DNA from: Psammoneis japonica | Taxonomy: Eukaryota | Length of the DNA: 64,000 nucleotides | Reading direction: 5' to 3' | Assembly: GCA_008632985.1 (NCBI GenBank) | Contig: QPGO01000063.1 | Span: 186,001 to 250,000, forward strand | In this document: one piece after another, positions 38,600 through 52,300 of the stretch | Numbering within the stretch: the stretch's first letter is position 1 | Layout: every line of letters begins with the position of its first letter | Translations under genes and position numbers: made by a program | Notes under the pieces: model-generated | Told to the model about the DNA's origin: nothing | What the model saw: the letters and a program-made list of their open reading frames with translations, nothing else | Database searches by the model: none

Positions 38600-41500
38600 C
38601 CATTGGGAGGGGCTGAGACCACACATGACCAAGTCCATGACCTTTCCACTTGTGTGTTTTGGACCTGGAGAAAGAGGAGCAACCTGGGGTGCTTTCATGA
38701 TGGAGGAGGAAGGTGCATCTCCTTTGTCATTGCACGTGCACCTTGTTGCCACATCATCTGGCTAGAAGGCACCAATTTGTTGTGCTGCCTTGGCATCAAG
38801 GGTGGTGAGGCCACTGTCTGTTTTAAAAAGGCAGGTGAGTGCAATGTTGAGCACAAGGGAGGGGTGCTGCTGTCAGGGTCAGATGGCATGGTGTGTGGTG
38901 ATCCTCCAGGCTGTGGATGTGGGGTTCTGTCAGCTGACATTGGATTGTGGATTCTTGACGGCAGACGTCTTGGTGAAATGGGAGTCCACGACTGACACCC
39001 TGGCCAGTTGGCATCGGTTTTGAGCCGCATCAGTGGAGAGATTGTTCCAACAAAGAGGAGTTTGGTGCCTCCCTGAATGATTGCAAGAAAGTGGCTGAGT
39101 TCAAAACTCCAGGGCACAAGAAGGAGTCTGGCTTGCCTCCTCCTGGGTGGAGCGTTTGGCCAGTTTAGTCCCTGTCAGAAGATGATCACTTCAACTCCAG
39201 CTCAGTTTTTGGCCACTGACAAGAGCCCATCAGCACTTGCATGGGTTGTCCAGACAGTGGAAGATGGCTTGCATGAACCAGGCACAGTGGTCACAGAAGT
39301 GGGCAACAAGTCCTGCATCAATGCGAAGTCCATGGATGGAATGGTCCAGTGGCTCGGCCACAAGTTGGGCCAATTGGATGCTGCTTTGGGCTCCCCTCTC
39401 CTGGGGTTTGACCCAATTCTAGAGAGGCTCCTGCTGTTTGGGGCACAATGGTGAATGTGGCATCTGGTTGTCATGGTCCACCAAACCTGGACATTCCATC
39501 AGGGGAATGAAAATTCAAACTTGACAGACCAAGGTGAGCCAGACAAACAATTCTAACTGGCTTCTTGCTGCCTTTAATGTCAGGATCCAGTTGTTGCAAG
39601 ACCAATGTGGAACCTTTGCAACTCACACAGATTTGGATGCTTTGAAGAGCGGGGTGCTCCAGGTGTGCACCCAGTTGGCCACCAGACTGAGGGGATTGGA
39701 ATCAAGGGGTTCATTCTTTGCCCCAGGAATTGTGGCTCTGGGTAGAATGGTGCCCAGCAGGTTGTCAGTTGATGCTCAACTTTCTTGTCTGGACCACAGT
39801 GCCAGTGAGCTCTAATCTGTTGGCAAGTCTGACAAGGAGGCTGTCAAGTTCTTGGGAGTGGGAGTGTCAGCCTCCTGCAGTCAGTGCCAAGCCTGGGTGG
39901 TTCAGCACTTCCCTTCCCAGGCACATGGGTGCTTGACAGATGTTGTGCTGTCATTGGACAGGATTGAGGAGATTGAACAACCTGTTGCACTCACCACTTC
40001 CTGTCTCAGAGGCAAAGCACAAGAGCACAAACATCAATGTGGCAGAGGATGCTGGGACTTTGGCCAGGCTTCAATGTCAAATGCCTCAACTGCTCAACTC
40101 TGGGTCACAGCTGAGTTGGTTCAGATGCTTGGCCTTCACCCATCCTGTCTGGATAAGATCCCAATGCATGATTGTTGGTCATCTGGGAACATGGGCACCA
40201 AGCATTTTGTTGATGACAACATCATTTTGCAACGGAAACTGACATTGTGGAGATTGACCAACAGATCCCATCTGAGACCTTTGAGAGTCAAGTCATGCAT
40301 GATGCATTGTCTGAGCAGGTGGCCTTCTTGTTGGCACATCCAGCACATTGACTCAACCCATGATTCCCTGACAAAGTTGAGCAAGTTTTCAGACAAACAA
40401 GCTTGGTCTCTTGCCATGAAGCCAGTTCACTGAATCTTCAAGGACATCCACAATGCCCAGTCTAGGGCATTTGCATCAATTTTGGGTGATGACCCCCTGA
40501 CACCATGTGCAGCAAAATTTTTGGGCTGCTTTTTGAACCCAGGATGTTGTGGAGGAATGTGCCACCTTGAGATTTGCTGATCACCCATCAATGGCCTCAG
40601 AGTGTGTCAAGGTTTTGGCAACCAATTCTGGGTTCAAGATGTTGACTGCCCTTCAGACTGCTGTCTGCACACTCTCACTGAGAAGGCTGAGAATGCAAGC
40701 TTGGAAGTCAAGTTGGCCCAAGCAAGAGGTCGTGACTCAGCCCATGTGGAGACCAGCAAGCTGTGTGATGAGCTCAAGGAGGCCACTGAGTGTCCCAGGC
40801 ATTAGAAACTGAGAAAAGAAGGTCAGGGTGGTGGTTGGAGTGCAACAGCAAGTCGAGCTTGGATGCAGGTGCACCACATGTTGGCCCTTCTCACCCAAGG
40901 CATGTCATTGGGGGTCACAAACCCTTTTCCTTCCAAGGGTCCTGTCTGATTCTTGCATCTGCCCCCTGGGGTGGCGTTTTGCCCTGAGACCTCCTGAGTG
41001 GCCTCTGGTGTGCTTGTTTGCTTGGTGACAAGACATTTGACAGCCCTTGGAGCAAACCCATGCTGCAGGCTTTTGAGTTGCAACCTGCCAATGTCCACTG
41101 CTTCTCATGGACTTTGGTCTGTCAAGTGGCCTCCCAAGTTTAGCAAGTGATGGTTTTGGGTTCACCCCAGTTTCTTGAATCAGCAGCACAGATTCTCCCA
41201 TCCAGCCCCATGCCAATGGCCCCAGTGGGGATGGTTGTGTGTTGCAACCCACAGGGGTTGAGCCATGTGCCACATTGTTCTGTCTTGCATGAAGTGGCAG
41301 TGGGTGGCGTCATGTCCTTTTTGACAACTCTTTTCTGGGATCAGATCCCTTTCCCATCATGGGGTGGCAGTTTGCAGTGGTGGTCTGTTGGCCATGTTGT
41401 TGATCATAAAATGGTGGGTGCTCCTGCAGACCTGGCCTCTGCAGGCTGCAGCTGCTTCAAGAAGGATCATTTTCATCCAGGGTCTTTGACCCAACCCATT

Positions 41501-44500
41501 GTGTGCCAGCCCTTCAGGTCTGCAACAGGGTGGGTCTCCCATTCTCTTTCCCCAGATGAAAATTTTCAAGACCTGGGAATTTGATCTGCATTTCCAAACT
41601 GCACAAACATTGGACACATCATGTGCCACAAGAAGAGCATCTCAATGCCAACACCACTCAACCCACTCACAATTCCTGTGGAAGCATGTGTTTCTAGTTT
41701 CCAGGCAGGCACTTTGCCCCTGTGTCTGGCAGGATCACAGGGAGGATGTTGGGAGTGTTTTGTGTCAAAAGAGGAGCACTTGCCTTCAGCCACTTGGCTC
41801 CCAGACCTGCAGCAGTGTCTCCTGCACTCATGGATTGATGTCTCTCTGATCATGGCAAAGGTGGCAAAGGAAGACAAGGCTGCACCACCATTTGACAGAG
41901 ATCCCTGCATCCACTGGGAATGACACAATCCACTCACACACAGTCCCACACACCAGGAGAATGGTGAGCCCATGAAGAATGGGAGCCCTGTTCTGCCAGT
42001 GAAGAGTGCAGTGGTGTGTTGCCACAGCTGTCTGCAACATGTGACGGGTGGTGTCGGCAGGTCAATGCATCCAAATGTTGGTGGAACGGGATGTGCACAA
42101 GGTTTTTGGTGAGGGTGTCTCTGCAGTTTGCAGCAGCATTGATTCTGTCCAGTTGCACTAAATCTTTTTCCACCCAATCCTGCAGTGCAAAATGGCAGAT
42201 GTCAATGTGCTGAGTTTGTCAAGTGGGTTGACTTGCATTCACCATCATCTGAAGTGCATCAATGTCTTCACAAATGAGGGTGGCTTGGGTTTGAGGAACT
42301 GGCAGTTTATCCAGGATGGAGCAAAGGCACAGAGCCATGTCACCAGTGTTGAATGCAGCAACAAACTTGGCCTCAGACAAAGAAGTTAACACAGTGGGTT
42401 GCACCCCAGTTTTCCACATGGTGGGACACTTTGGACACTGTGGTGGCAGCAGTGATTTGTGTGTCATGTTCTTGGAGAGTCTTGTTGCACATGATGAACT
42501 GTGCATTGACCCCATTGAACTGGTCTCTTTGAGGGTTTCTGCAAGATCATCCTGAGCAACAAGGTGTGACACAAGTGGGTCAGGCTGTGTGAGTGAAGTG
42601 TTGGAGGTCACCATGTTCTCACAGTCATCAAGAACACCCATCATGGCATTTGCCACAGTGAGGCCATTCCAAATGGTTTGTTCAGTGTCAGTTCTTCCAT
42701 CTGAGTCTGGATGTCTCCTTTGATTTGACTTTGAAAATTCTTTCATTGCAAACCCACAACATTGCTGAGAGTGCAGATGGCATTCAATGATTTTGTTTTG
42801 ATGCAGGCAACTTTGTCTGTTGCCGTGCTGTCTAACTTGTGGAGTTCTTCTTGGGTGGCTGTTTGTTTTAAGCCATTGAAGGATGCTGGCTTCTGCTGCT
42901 TCAACAGTGTTCATGATGGTGGACAGGTGGGGAGTGATTTTTTTGTCCAGAGTCTTGAGAGAAAAGTCTTGTCATGAGCAGCTGTCACCAAATTAGCTGC
43001 ATCACCAGCTGTGGCAAGTGCTTCATCTTTTGCAGCTTCCAATTGGGTCTCAATGTCCCTGCAGAATGCAGCCAGAGCACAATCCATCATGATGTTGTCA
43101 AGATCAGAGTGGTTCTGGTTGGTGACAGTGCAAATTGTGTTCAAATCATGGCACAGTTGGTTGACCTTGTCTGCAGACTTGTCCAGTGCTTCCTTGTGAT
43201 CTTCCAACTGTTCAATGGCCTTGCTCAGTTGTGTGGTGCATTGAGAAATCAAATCTGCCAATTGAGAGGAAGTGCAGGGGGAAAGCAGGGTGGGAGTCAA
43301 GGCATGAGTGGAGGCTGTGGTGTGGCATGCACAGGTGGTGATGGCAGAGGATGGTCGTCATTGCCAGTGGCCTCAACAGCACATCCACTGCAGTTGGAGA
43401 GGGAGGGGATGGCAGAGCATTGTGGACATTGTCCAGTGCCAATGTGGCAGTGATGGTGGGTTGAGACTCTGAAATTGTTGGGGGCAGCAGTGGCAGGTGG
43501 GGATGGATTTTCTGTTGCCATGCAGGTGACAGAGCAGCCTGCAGGGATGATGGCTTTTCACATCAGGATGTTGCTGTCTTGGAGCAGGTGCTGTTGGCAG
43601 GAGCCATGGTTTGTTGTGTTTTGTGCAAGCTGGAGGATGCTGTGCTGCATGCAAAGGGCAACACAAATTGGAACATTCCACAGTCAGCCTGCAATGATCT
43701 GCTGGTGGCACATCAAATTGACACAGAATCTTGTGAGAATGGCAGTGAACAAAGCATCACTGTTGTTGTCAACAGAGCTGCAAAGTTCACATGTCAAACA
43801 CTCTCTCTGCCAGTGCTGACAAGAACAGGACCATGTTGTTTTGTTGCTGCTCATGTCGGCAGAGGGGCCCTGCTTGTGCTTGTGCATGAGCATTGCTCAC
43901 AACCGGCTGACAGAGATCCCTGCTGCATCTGCTGGGAATCACACAATCCACCAAGACCATTTCATCTGTGGGACAAGTGGGCAGCTTTGTTGTTTCCTTC
44001 TTTGGGAAATGTCTTGCCGGCACTGAGAAATTTGGCCCTGCAATGGTGGCAACAGCAAACTGCTTCCACCTTTCTGTTGCATTTGTGGTGTGAGCATGGC
44101 CAATTTTGGCTGTCTTCCCTTGCTGTCCAGTGCTGGCAGCATGAGGATGCTCAAGGGCATCTTCAAGGGGGGGTTCACCATTCTTCTCTCCCTTTGCTGC
44201 TCTTGGATGCCACACTCAGAGCCAATGTTCTCTCTTACACCCATGGGAGCTCTTGGTGGCCTTGGGACACCAGGGCTTGTCTCTTTTTTTCTGGCAATGG
44301 CCTGTTGAGGAGCAAAGATGCTGAGCACGAGACAGGGTCCCATTTTTGTGAAAGGGGAGCTCCCTTGGTGTTGTTGGCATCAATGGATCCATGGCAGTGC
44401 AGCTAAGATTTGAAGGATGGCTGAAAAAATCCAGCAGGTGTGACATCATTGGTGCATCAAATGGGGTGACATGGAGAGTCTTGCCAACTGGTTCTGGTTC

Positions 44501-45100
44501 CTGAAGATGGTTGGGGTTAAGGGAAAGCTCATTGAAATCATTGAAGACATTTGCATGGTGCACAATGGGAGTTTTATCTGGCCTCAATGATGTGCTGTGG
44601 GCCCCTTCCTTTTGCTTGCCTGTGTCAGCTTCAGTTTTGGAGTTCATGACAGCTTCAAAAAATTCCATGGACCTTGATTTGAGGGACATGTTCCCAATTT
44701 TTTTCATGGACCCTCTTGAGCAACTCATCTGCCTGAGGGTTTTGGAAGCTGAGTGCAGCTTCATGTTGCACCTTGTTCATGTCTTGGGCAGGTGTGTGAT
44801 TGCACAAGGCACTGATGGCATGTCCCAAGGAGTTCTTTCAGAGGGAGTTGTGAGCAGAGCCAGGATGCTTTTGTTCACACCCTTCACTTGGGGGGGGGCA
44901 CTGCCCAAGCCCCAAGGCTGTTCGATTGGGTCTGCTCATGGGTGGGATCACCAACCCTGGAGACAATTGCCCCTTTCAACTGGCTCCAAAAGGGCCATGA
45001 CATTGCAAGCCAGGAGCATCCAGAGCATGAAGTCATTGAAATGCCTCTTTTCAAGTCTGGGACGTGGACCCCAGTGGCAGCAAGGGCAGCAGGCATCTGG
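38600..45100 (+). mobile_element. Decayed YR-type retrotransposon 3 (ORF1 plus internally deleted RT/RNase H), interrupted at ~41.9-43.8 kb
   Basis: ORF1 EECATLRFADHPSMASECVKVLATNSG; RT start SGLNDVLWAPSFCLP..DLDLRDMF fused to RNase H end LHLVHVLGRCVIAQGTDGMSQG. The YR domain itself was not seen. Confidence 0.7.
41920..43800 (-). mobile_element. Internally deleted Copia relic (gag-like region plus RNase H at ~42420-42020)
   Basis: KTGVQPTVLTSLSEAKFVAA..MALCLCSILDKL..TLICED..HIDICHFALQDWVEKDLVQL..NCRDTLTKNL. Confidence 0.75.
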
Positions 45101-48100
45101 GGATGACATTGACATCACAAATGGATGTGGAAAAAGAAGGAGAGATTGGGCACAGCAAGGCCTGCACACAAGATGCACCAGCACTGCGCTGATGTTGATC
45201 TCCTTCTTCCTTCCTTCCTGTGCTGTGCCAAGGCCATGTGATTTGAGTTGGTTGAAGGAAATGATGTGGATCCTGACAAACTTGTGAACCTCACAGTCAA
45301 CAAGCAACAAAAAGATGGTCAAGATGGAGGAATGGAGCACACCATCCCTCAAGGAAGAGAAGGGCAGAGCAAGGAGATGAACCCAACTGTCGCTGGGGAG
45401 TCCAGGCATTGTGGTCTGCATGATGTCATTTGCTGCATGGTTTGCAACTGCATTTGTGGCTGTGCCACTGTTGCCACCACCATGCAATTTGTGTGGACAG
45501 CTGCAACCACCACACCTGGATCTCCTCCATCAAAGTCCATGAATTGTCAAGGGAAGTGATTGCAAACACTGTTCCAAATAAATTCGTCATTGGGGCTTGT
45601 GTGTTGCTGCTGACAATTGTCATTTTCTGTCTCATTGTTTTCTTTGGCAAGGACCCCAACAATCCCAGTCTGGACTGCATTCCACAATCAAAGCATTGTT
45701 GGAGGAAGTGCAGAAGATTGATGTGGCAGGCCCAGTCAAGCATGCAATGGACTGGAAAACACATTGGTTGATTGGTTGAAAGCAAGATCAATTGACTGTC
45801 CACAGCCAAGCAATCCCAAAAAGGGAGAATCAGGTGAGCCCAAAGCCATCAAGCAAAATCAACAACAAACACCTCAAAGAAGGCACTCAACTGGCATGAT
45901 GGCAGCACTGGTGATCCCAGCAGCAGTGTGCATGACAGCCCAGAATGATGCTCTCAAGCAAGAAAACATGAATCAACTTGACACGGACTCGGGACCTGCA
46001 GGCATGGACAACTGAAGCACGGGACACTTGTCCAGCACAGCAACAGACTTTGCAAGCAAGCTTGTTCCAAGCAAGCAAGCCACAAAAGGATTTGAGGGGT
46101 CAAGAACAATGGGAGTTGTGATGGGCACATTGATCTGGTGATGGTGTGATGACAATGAGACTGCTCACTTGTTCAAGATCCCAAACTTGCACTGCGTGCC
46201 TGATGGCAAGAAGGTCTGTCTGTTCAAGTCCCCAACACTGGAAAAAGACACAAAAGGATTGCAAGCCAATTGAAGGTGCAGGGGAAAGCACAGGCTCCAA
46301 ACAATGCACTTTGCACTGGAGCCAAAAGTGAAACAAACTCACTGTTCCCTTGAGCCCAGAAAACAGTGTGGCAACATTCAACCTTGCTCCCAGTTGCCAG
46401 AAGTTTGAGGCCTTCTGTGCCAAATGTGGAGTCATCAATGCCACTGAAGACAAAAATCATGTCAAAGGAAACAAAGCAAACATTGTGAGCGATGACAAGG
46501 AAGAAAATGAGGAACAAGAGTCCAATGATTCAGGGTTGGTTGAATGCACCTGGACCTTGAATTTGATCAAGACTGTCTTGTGTGGCCATGCCAGGCAAGA
46601 CAAGCACACCTCAGGGTTGAAGGACAACATTCCAGTTGCCGCTCCATTTAATTTGGATGGTCCACCTGAGGACATGAGTGGAACTGGTCTGCCCCAAATC
46701 ACAAGAGATGAGGAGGATTGGCAGAGAAAAAATGCATCGGCAGAATGGTTGAGACTTCACCAAAAATGTGGACACATCTGATTCCAAAAAAAGGCAAGCA
46801 ATGGCAGAGCAGCTCAGGGAGTCATTCCAAAGCATCTGGCAAAATGCAATGTTTCTGCATGCTCCTCATGCATGTTTGCAAAAGCAACCAAATGGAAGTG
46901 GTGACACTGCAACAAGAAAGTGCGCGATTCACAGAAGCCAACATGACTGGGTCAAGTGGTGTCAGTGGATCAAATGGTGTCACCAACTCTGGGGCTGATT
47001 GTGCATGTGGCAGGGTTTCTAACAACCAAGCTGTGACACAAGTGTGCAACAGCATGTGTCATTCAATGTTCTTGCTTCAGCTGTGTTCACCTGCAAAAGA
47101 CAGCAAGCATGGAAGAGATGTTAGAAGGAAAGAAAGCTTTTGAACTTGTGGCAAGAAATTACAGAGTCAAGGTGCTAACCTGCCATGTGGATGACGGGAC
47201 ATTCAAGGTGAATCAATGGGTGCAAGCATGTCATGACCAAGGGGAAGGTCTCACATTTGCAGGTGTTGATGCACACCATGTAAATGGAGTCACCAAGCAC
47301 CACACACACGAACTGCAAGAACATGCATGAAGCATGCTCACACATGCAAAGGATGATGGCCTTCAAGCATCACCACCAAGAACTTGTGGCCATGCCATGT
47401 CCAAATGGCAAACAATGCAATCAATGAAACACCCAGCTTCCAAAACCCCAAATGCCAGACTCTGACTCAAATGCACATGCAAACAGATGTCTCCAGCAAT
47501 TCCAAGCACTGGACCCCATTTGGATGCCCAGCACATGTGCCAGATGACCAGCTCCAAACAAACCGCCCATTTCACAAGTGGAGGCAACACTCAAGGATCA
47601 GACTTGGGGACAAGCCTGGTGCATGGCAGGAATGTCACCTTGGTGCCAAACAGAGCAACAGTGCATGCAATTCCCCAGTTCCATGTGCAGTGTGACCCCA
47701 GTTTCCATGTGACAAAACAGGATGACCAGATTTGTGAGTCAGAAGGAGATCACCAAAACATCCAACGGCAAGAACAAGATGCCACTTGTGCCCAAACCTG
47801 CTGAGAAGTGGAGTGTTCTCAGCAAGAGAGAGCACCCTCCATCAGAGGGAGCATCAAGGAAGAGGAGGTTCAATGTGATGAACCATTTGCAAAATCTCAA
47901 ACAAAAAACCAGGGTCACCCAAAGCCAACTGGCAAGGTGATGATGCTGCAGCAGCCAGATCACCACTGGCACAGCCAATCCAACAGGCAGAATCTCTAAA
48001 AGGACCTCCACAGCAGGAGAGGAGCAAGTCTGATCTGTCCAGTGTGCCAAGGACACTGGGGGTGACAACAAGATCAGGGTGACACAGAGCCAACCAGTTG

Positions 48101-48341
48101 AGCAGCTGGCACTGGCAATGACAGCCAAACTCAGTGCCCGTGCCAAGGGGGTGTTGAGGGAGAGATGTCTTCACTGGCAGTCATGTCTCCATGCAACAAA
48201 TTATCCATCACAGATGACCCTCTTCCAGCATGCAAAGCTTGAACAGACCCCAATGTCATGTGCGTGCACCAAGCAATGAAACAACAAGATCACAAGGAAT
48301 TTGTCAAGGCAACGTGCAAAGAGGTCAAGGGCCAAATGAAG

Positions 48342-49346
48342 AACAGAAACTTCACCACAGTTCCAAGATCAACATTGACTGACAAAAGGAAGACACTTCC
48401 AGCTGTGTGGCACCCAGTCTGCTGTTCCACAGAGGGTGGGTTATAGAAACAAATGATCTTCAGCCACACCAGTGGTGCCACAATCAAAAACACTGAACAC
48501 TCAACTGCTTTTGTTTTTCTCTCTCCCACCATTCTTCAGCTGGTCATGTGGTGAGTCAGTTTCCAACTGATGTGCACATGCATCTGACAGTCAATGGGGC
48601 AGATTCTTCACTGCACCTGTTCCATGCAGACCTTGGTGGCCACCAGTCTGCTGTTCCACAGTCACCTGTGGGTGGAGCAGAGAATGCCAGGCTGAGTGTG
48701 ATGGGCTGGGACAGTTTGCCAGTTGTTCCAACCCTTGTTGCATCCCAGGCCAACAAAAGTCCACAGCATCTGCAAGGACTTGATTGGGGTGGGACGGGCA
48801 AAGCCTGCTGAAAGTTGCCCTGCTGCAGGCACTTGGTTCAGGATTGGAACAGAAACTTACCACAGTTCCAAGATCAACATTGACTCACAAAAGAAAGACA
48901 CTTCCAGCTGTGTGGCACTTGGTCTGCTGTTCCACAGAGGGTGGGTTGCAAAACCAAGAAATGATTTCAACTGCAGCAGTGGCGCCACAACAAAAACAAT
49001 GAACACTCAACTGCTTTTGTTTTTCTCTCTCATGCCATTCTTTAGCTGGCCATGTGGTGAGTCAGTCTCCAACTGACACGCACATGCATCTGACAGTTGA
49101 CGGCAAATTCTTCACTGCACCTGTTCTATGTAGACCTTGGTGGCCACCAGTCTGCTGTTCCACAGTCCCCTCTGGGTGCAGCAGAGAATGCCAGGCTGAG
49201 TGTGATGGGCTGGGACAGTTTGCCAGTTGTTCCAATCCTTGCATCCCAGGCCAACAAAAGCCCACAGCATCTGCAAGGAGTTGATTGGGGTGGGACAAGC
49301 AAAGCCTGCTGGGAGTTGCCCTGCCACAGGCACTTGGTTCAGGATT
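48342..49346 (+). repeat. ~505-bp tandem duplication (48342-48847 / 48848-49346) spanning the Copia/YR-element junction
   Basis: Both copies run AACAGAAACTT..CCACAGTTCCAAGATCAACATTGAC ... CACTTGGTTCAGGATTGG. Confidence 0.92.
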
Positions 49347-52300
49347 GGAGTCTGGGGTGGGTGTGGCAGAACCTGGGTTGAGAGAAAATTCCCCATGCAT
49401 GAGCACAGCAGAGGCAAAGGTGTGCATGAGGGGGGGTGCTTGGGCATGGAGGCACCTGAGCAATTTGTCAGAGTGCCAGCAACCAACCACGCAGATGACA
49501 CTGGTGTCAATGCAAGTGCAGAGCAAGGCCATGGTGCCACCAGCCTGGAGACTGTGGGCCGAGATGTCACTGGGGACAAACCACATGTGTGGTTGGTGGC
49601 AATGGCAGGTGAGTAAAGCACAGAGAGGGGTCCCTGGTGGTGACATCAGCCCACTGGCTGTTGATGAAAACAGAGTGCAATGGCATGTCCGGCGGGGCGT
49701 TGTGGAGTCGCAAGTGCTCCATGCAGTGACAAAGTGCCCCATTGGGGCAAACTGTTGGGTCTGGCACATGGTGGTGACTGACCTTTTTGCCAGGGACAGC
49801 ACATTCTTCTGCTTTGTGTGGGCAAGTGTGGCAAAAGTGGCAGTGTGCAGGTGTTTGAGAGGCGCTGTCAAGGTGCACAGCAGGTGCTGCAGCGCCTGAC
49901 AGAAGGAGACATTTCAAAGTCAAAATGGGTCTTGTCACAAGCCTGGTGCCAAAGCCGCATGCTCACCAGGATGACGGAGATGGAAGAAACCTTTCTCTGG
50001 CATGTCAGCAACTGCTTGCTCCATGGCCAAGCATGTTGAGGTGGCAATGGCTTGCTGGTGCCAAACTGGTGTGAGTGGCACTGGCTTGACTCATGCGGGC
50101 CTGCGTTGCACCAACCTTTTGATTGCTGTGAGAGGTGTGACAACTTGAGTTGCATGGGTCAGTCAGGTGGTGATCTTTGGCCCCCACACTGGCCATTGTC
50201 TGACCCACCACTCAGAGGACATCCTCCACTGTACAAGATCAGACAGAGCCACCGCTGGGTGCAATGCATCCTTTGCAACACCAAACCATGACTTCCACAA
50301 GGAACTGGGTGGGATCCTCAATGTCAAGGAGGAGGGGGTCAACCCCCAAGGAGTTGCAAAATTCTTGCCAAAGGTCCCAGGCAGAGTCACAGCATGCAGC
50401 ACATTGAGGAACAACACCGGTGTGGGCTGCTGCTTGTGCAGTGCTGAGATCACAAAGGAAAACATCGCAGTCTCAGGTGGCAGAGCCACCATGGCCACGT
50501 CTGGGGACATTGATGGTTAAAATGAAGCAGAGACAAGGGGTCAGCCAGGTGCCAAAAGTGTGATGCATTGTTGGTCATGCCATTGGAAGGGCCCAGAATG
50601 CAGCCATGGGCAGCAAGGTGTCAAAAGTGGAGCTGGTGCAGAGCAAGAGGCACCATGGGCCGTGGGCAAGCGGCTGGGTCATGCATGGTTGCGGAGCCAT
50701 GGCGCAAGCATGACAAGGATGGGTGTTGTCCCTGACAGTGCCCACGGTGTGCACTCATGCATGTCAACATTCTGTGCAAGCACTTCTTGGTGGGAGATGA
50801 TGCCCATGTGCTCAAGATTGCTGTTGGTGCGATCACCGTGTGGGTTTTCTCCTGGGACACAAGCTGATCCTGCATGTCCTTTGGAAATTTCTCATGCCAC
50901 ACTGCGGGATCCCTGTTTGGGGTGAACCAGACCCTGCCCATGCCAGGACCAGCTGCATCCATGGAGCCTGCAATGGCAAGCTGGTTGGGCACATTTTTGG
51001 CACGCCGAGTTGGGCGGGCAATCACGTCATGCATGAGAGTCTCAAGATCATCAAGTTGGGCTTGCATGGATGCATTGATGTGCACATGCAAGTGGTTGCT
51101 TCAGAAAAAACTGGTCTGCAACAAACCAAAGAGACTGTGCCCCCCTGGGATTGCTGTGATCATGCTGCGCAGCTCTCTGAGTGCTTTGTGCCAAGTCTTG
51201 ACAGAGACACAGCAGACGTGATGGAGATTCTCAAAGATCTCCAGGAGTTGCACCACTTGGTGTGGTGGGAGCATGATGGTCTGGTGAAGGGTGTCAATCA
51301 CCCAACCAAGGACTGTTGTGATGGTGCTCTGTGCTGCGTCCCCCCTGTCAAAGCTTCTTGACCAAGATGGGCTCCTTGTGGCACCATGCATCAGCAGGAG
51401 CAAGCAAGCTAAAGATCTTGTTGACAGCTTGCATGAGGACGTGCCATGCCGTGTGGCACCACCAATGTGAGCCCTGCACAAGGCCAACAAAATCATCAAC
51501 ACAGACATCCATGCAGTTGACGGGCTTGTGCAGCTGCACATGTGTGATGTGTGGAGGTGGTGGCAAGAAATCATCATGGCATTGCAGCTGCTGTGTAGCC
51601 CCACAATCATGAGGAGGTGCTGCAGTCTCAGAATTGTGCTCCAGCCAGTGTGGTCATCTTTGACAGGCCTGGGGTGCAGTGGTGTGTTGCTTGTCAACCA
51701 GATCAGCAGTGTTGGTCTCAGTGGCTGGGCAGAAGGTTGGCAGAAACTCCACCCAGCACATTGGCAGGCTGAGTGGGATTGCTGCAAGTGGTGATCCCAC
51801 CTGGATTGGGGACAAGTGCTGCCAGTGCAAGAGCATTGTCAGGTCAAAGTTGGGTGTGACAAAACCCATTGAAGATGTCAATCTTGTTGATGTGGATGGA
51901 CCATGCCTGGGGTTTGCATGATGGATGCGATGCAAAGGTGTTGCAAGGCCTGGTCAAACTGCATGGCCTCTGGTGGTGCCAATCTAATGGTGTCCTTGTT
52001 GACACCCCAGAAGCTGAGGTTGACAACAAGCTGAAGGCATTGTTTGTGCTGGGGGACATTGTCCAAGGGTGAGAAGCAGAGTCCCAACAGATCCTTGACT
52101 GGCTCATGCAGCAGAACTTGCCAAAAACTGTTGTCACAGAAATTGGCCATTTTGCCCAGACAAATTCTCTGTGCTCATGTGTGGACTTGTGGGGACCCCA
52201 CACCGCTCACATGTCAAGGAGGGTGGCAGACCAGGGATCACTCACTGTGCTGGGGACCTGATGTGGTGGAGCTGGTTGAGGTGCGGTGTGACTTGTGGTG

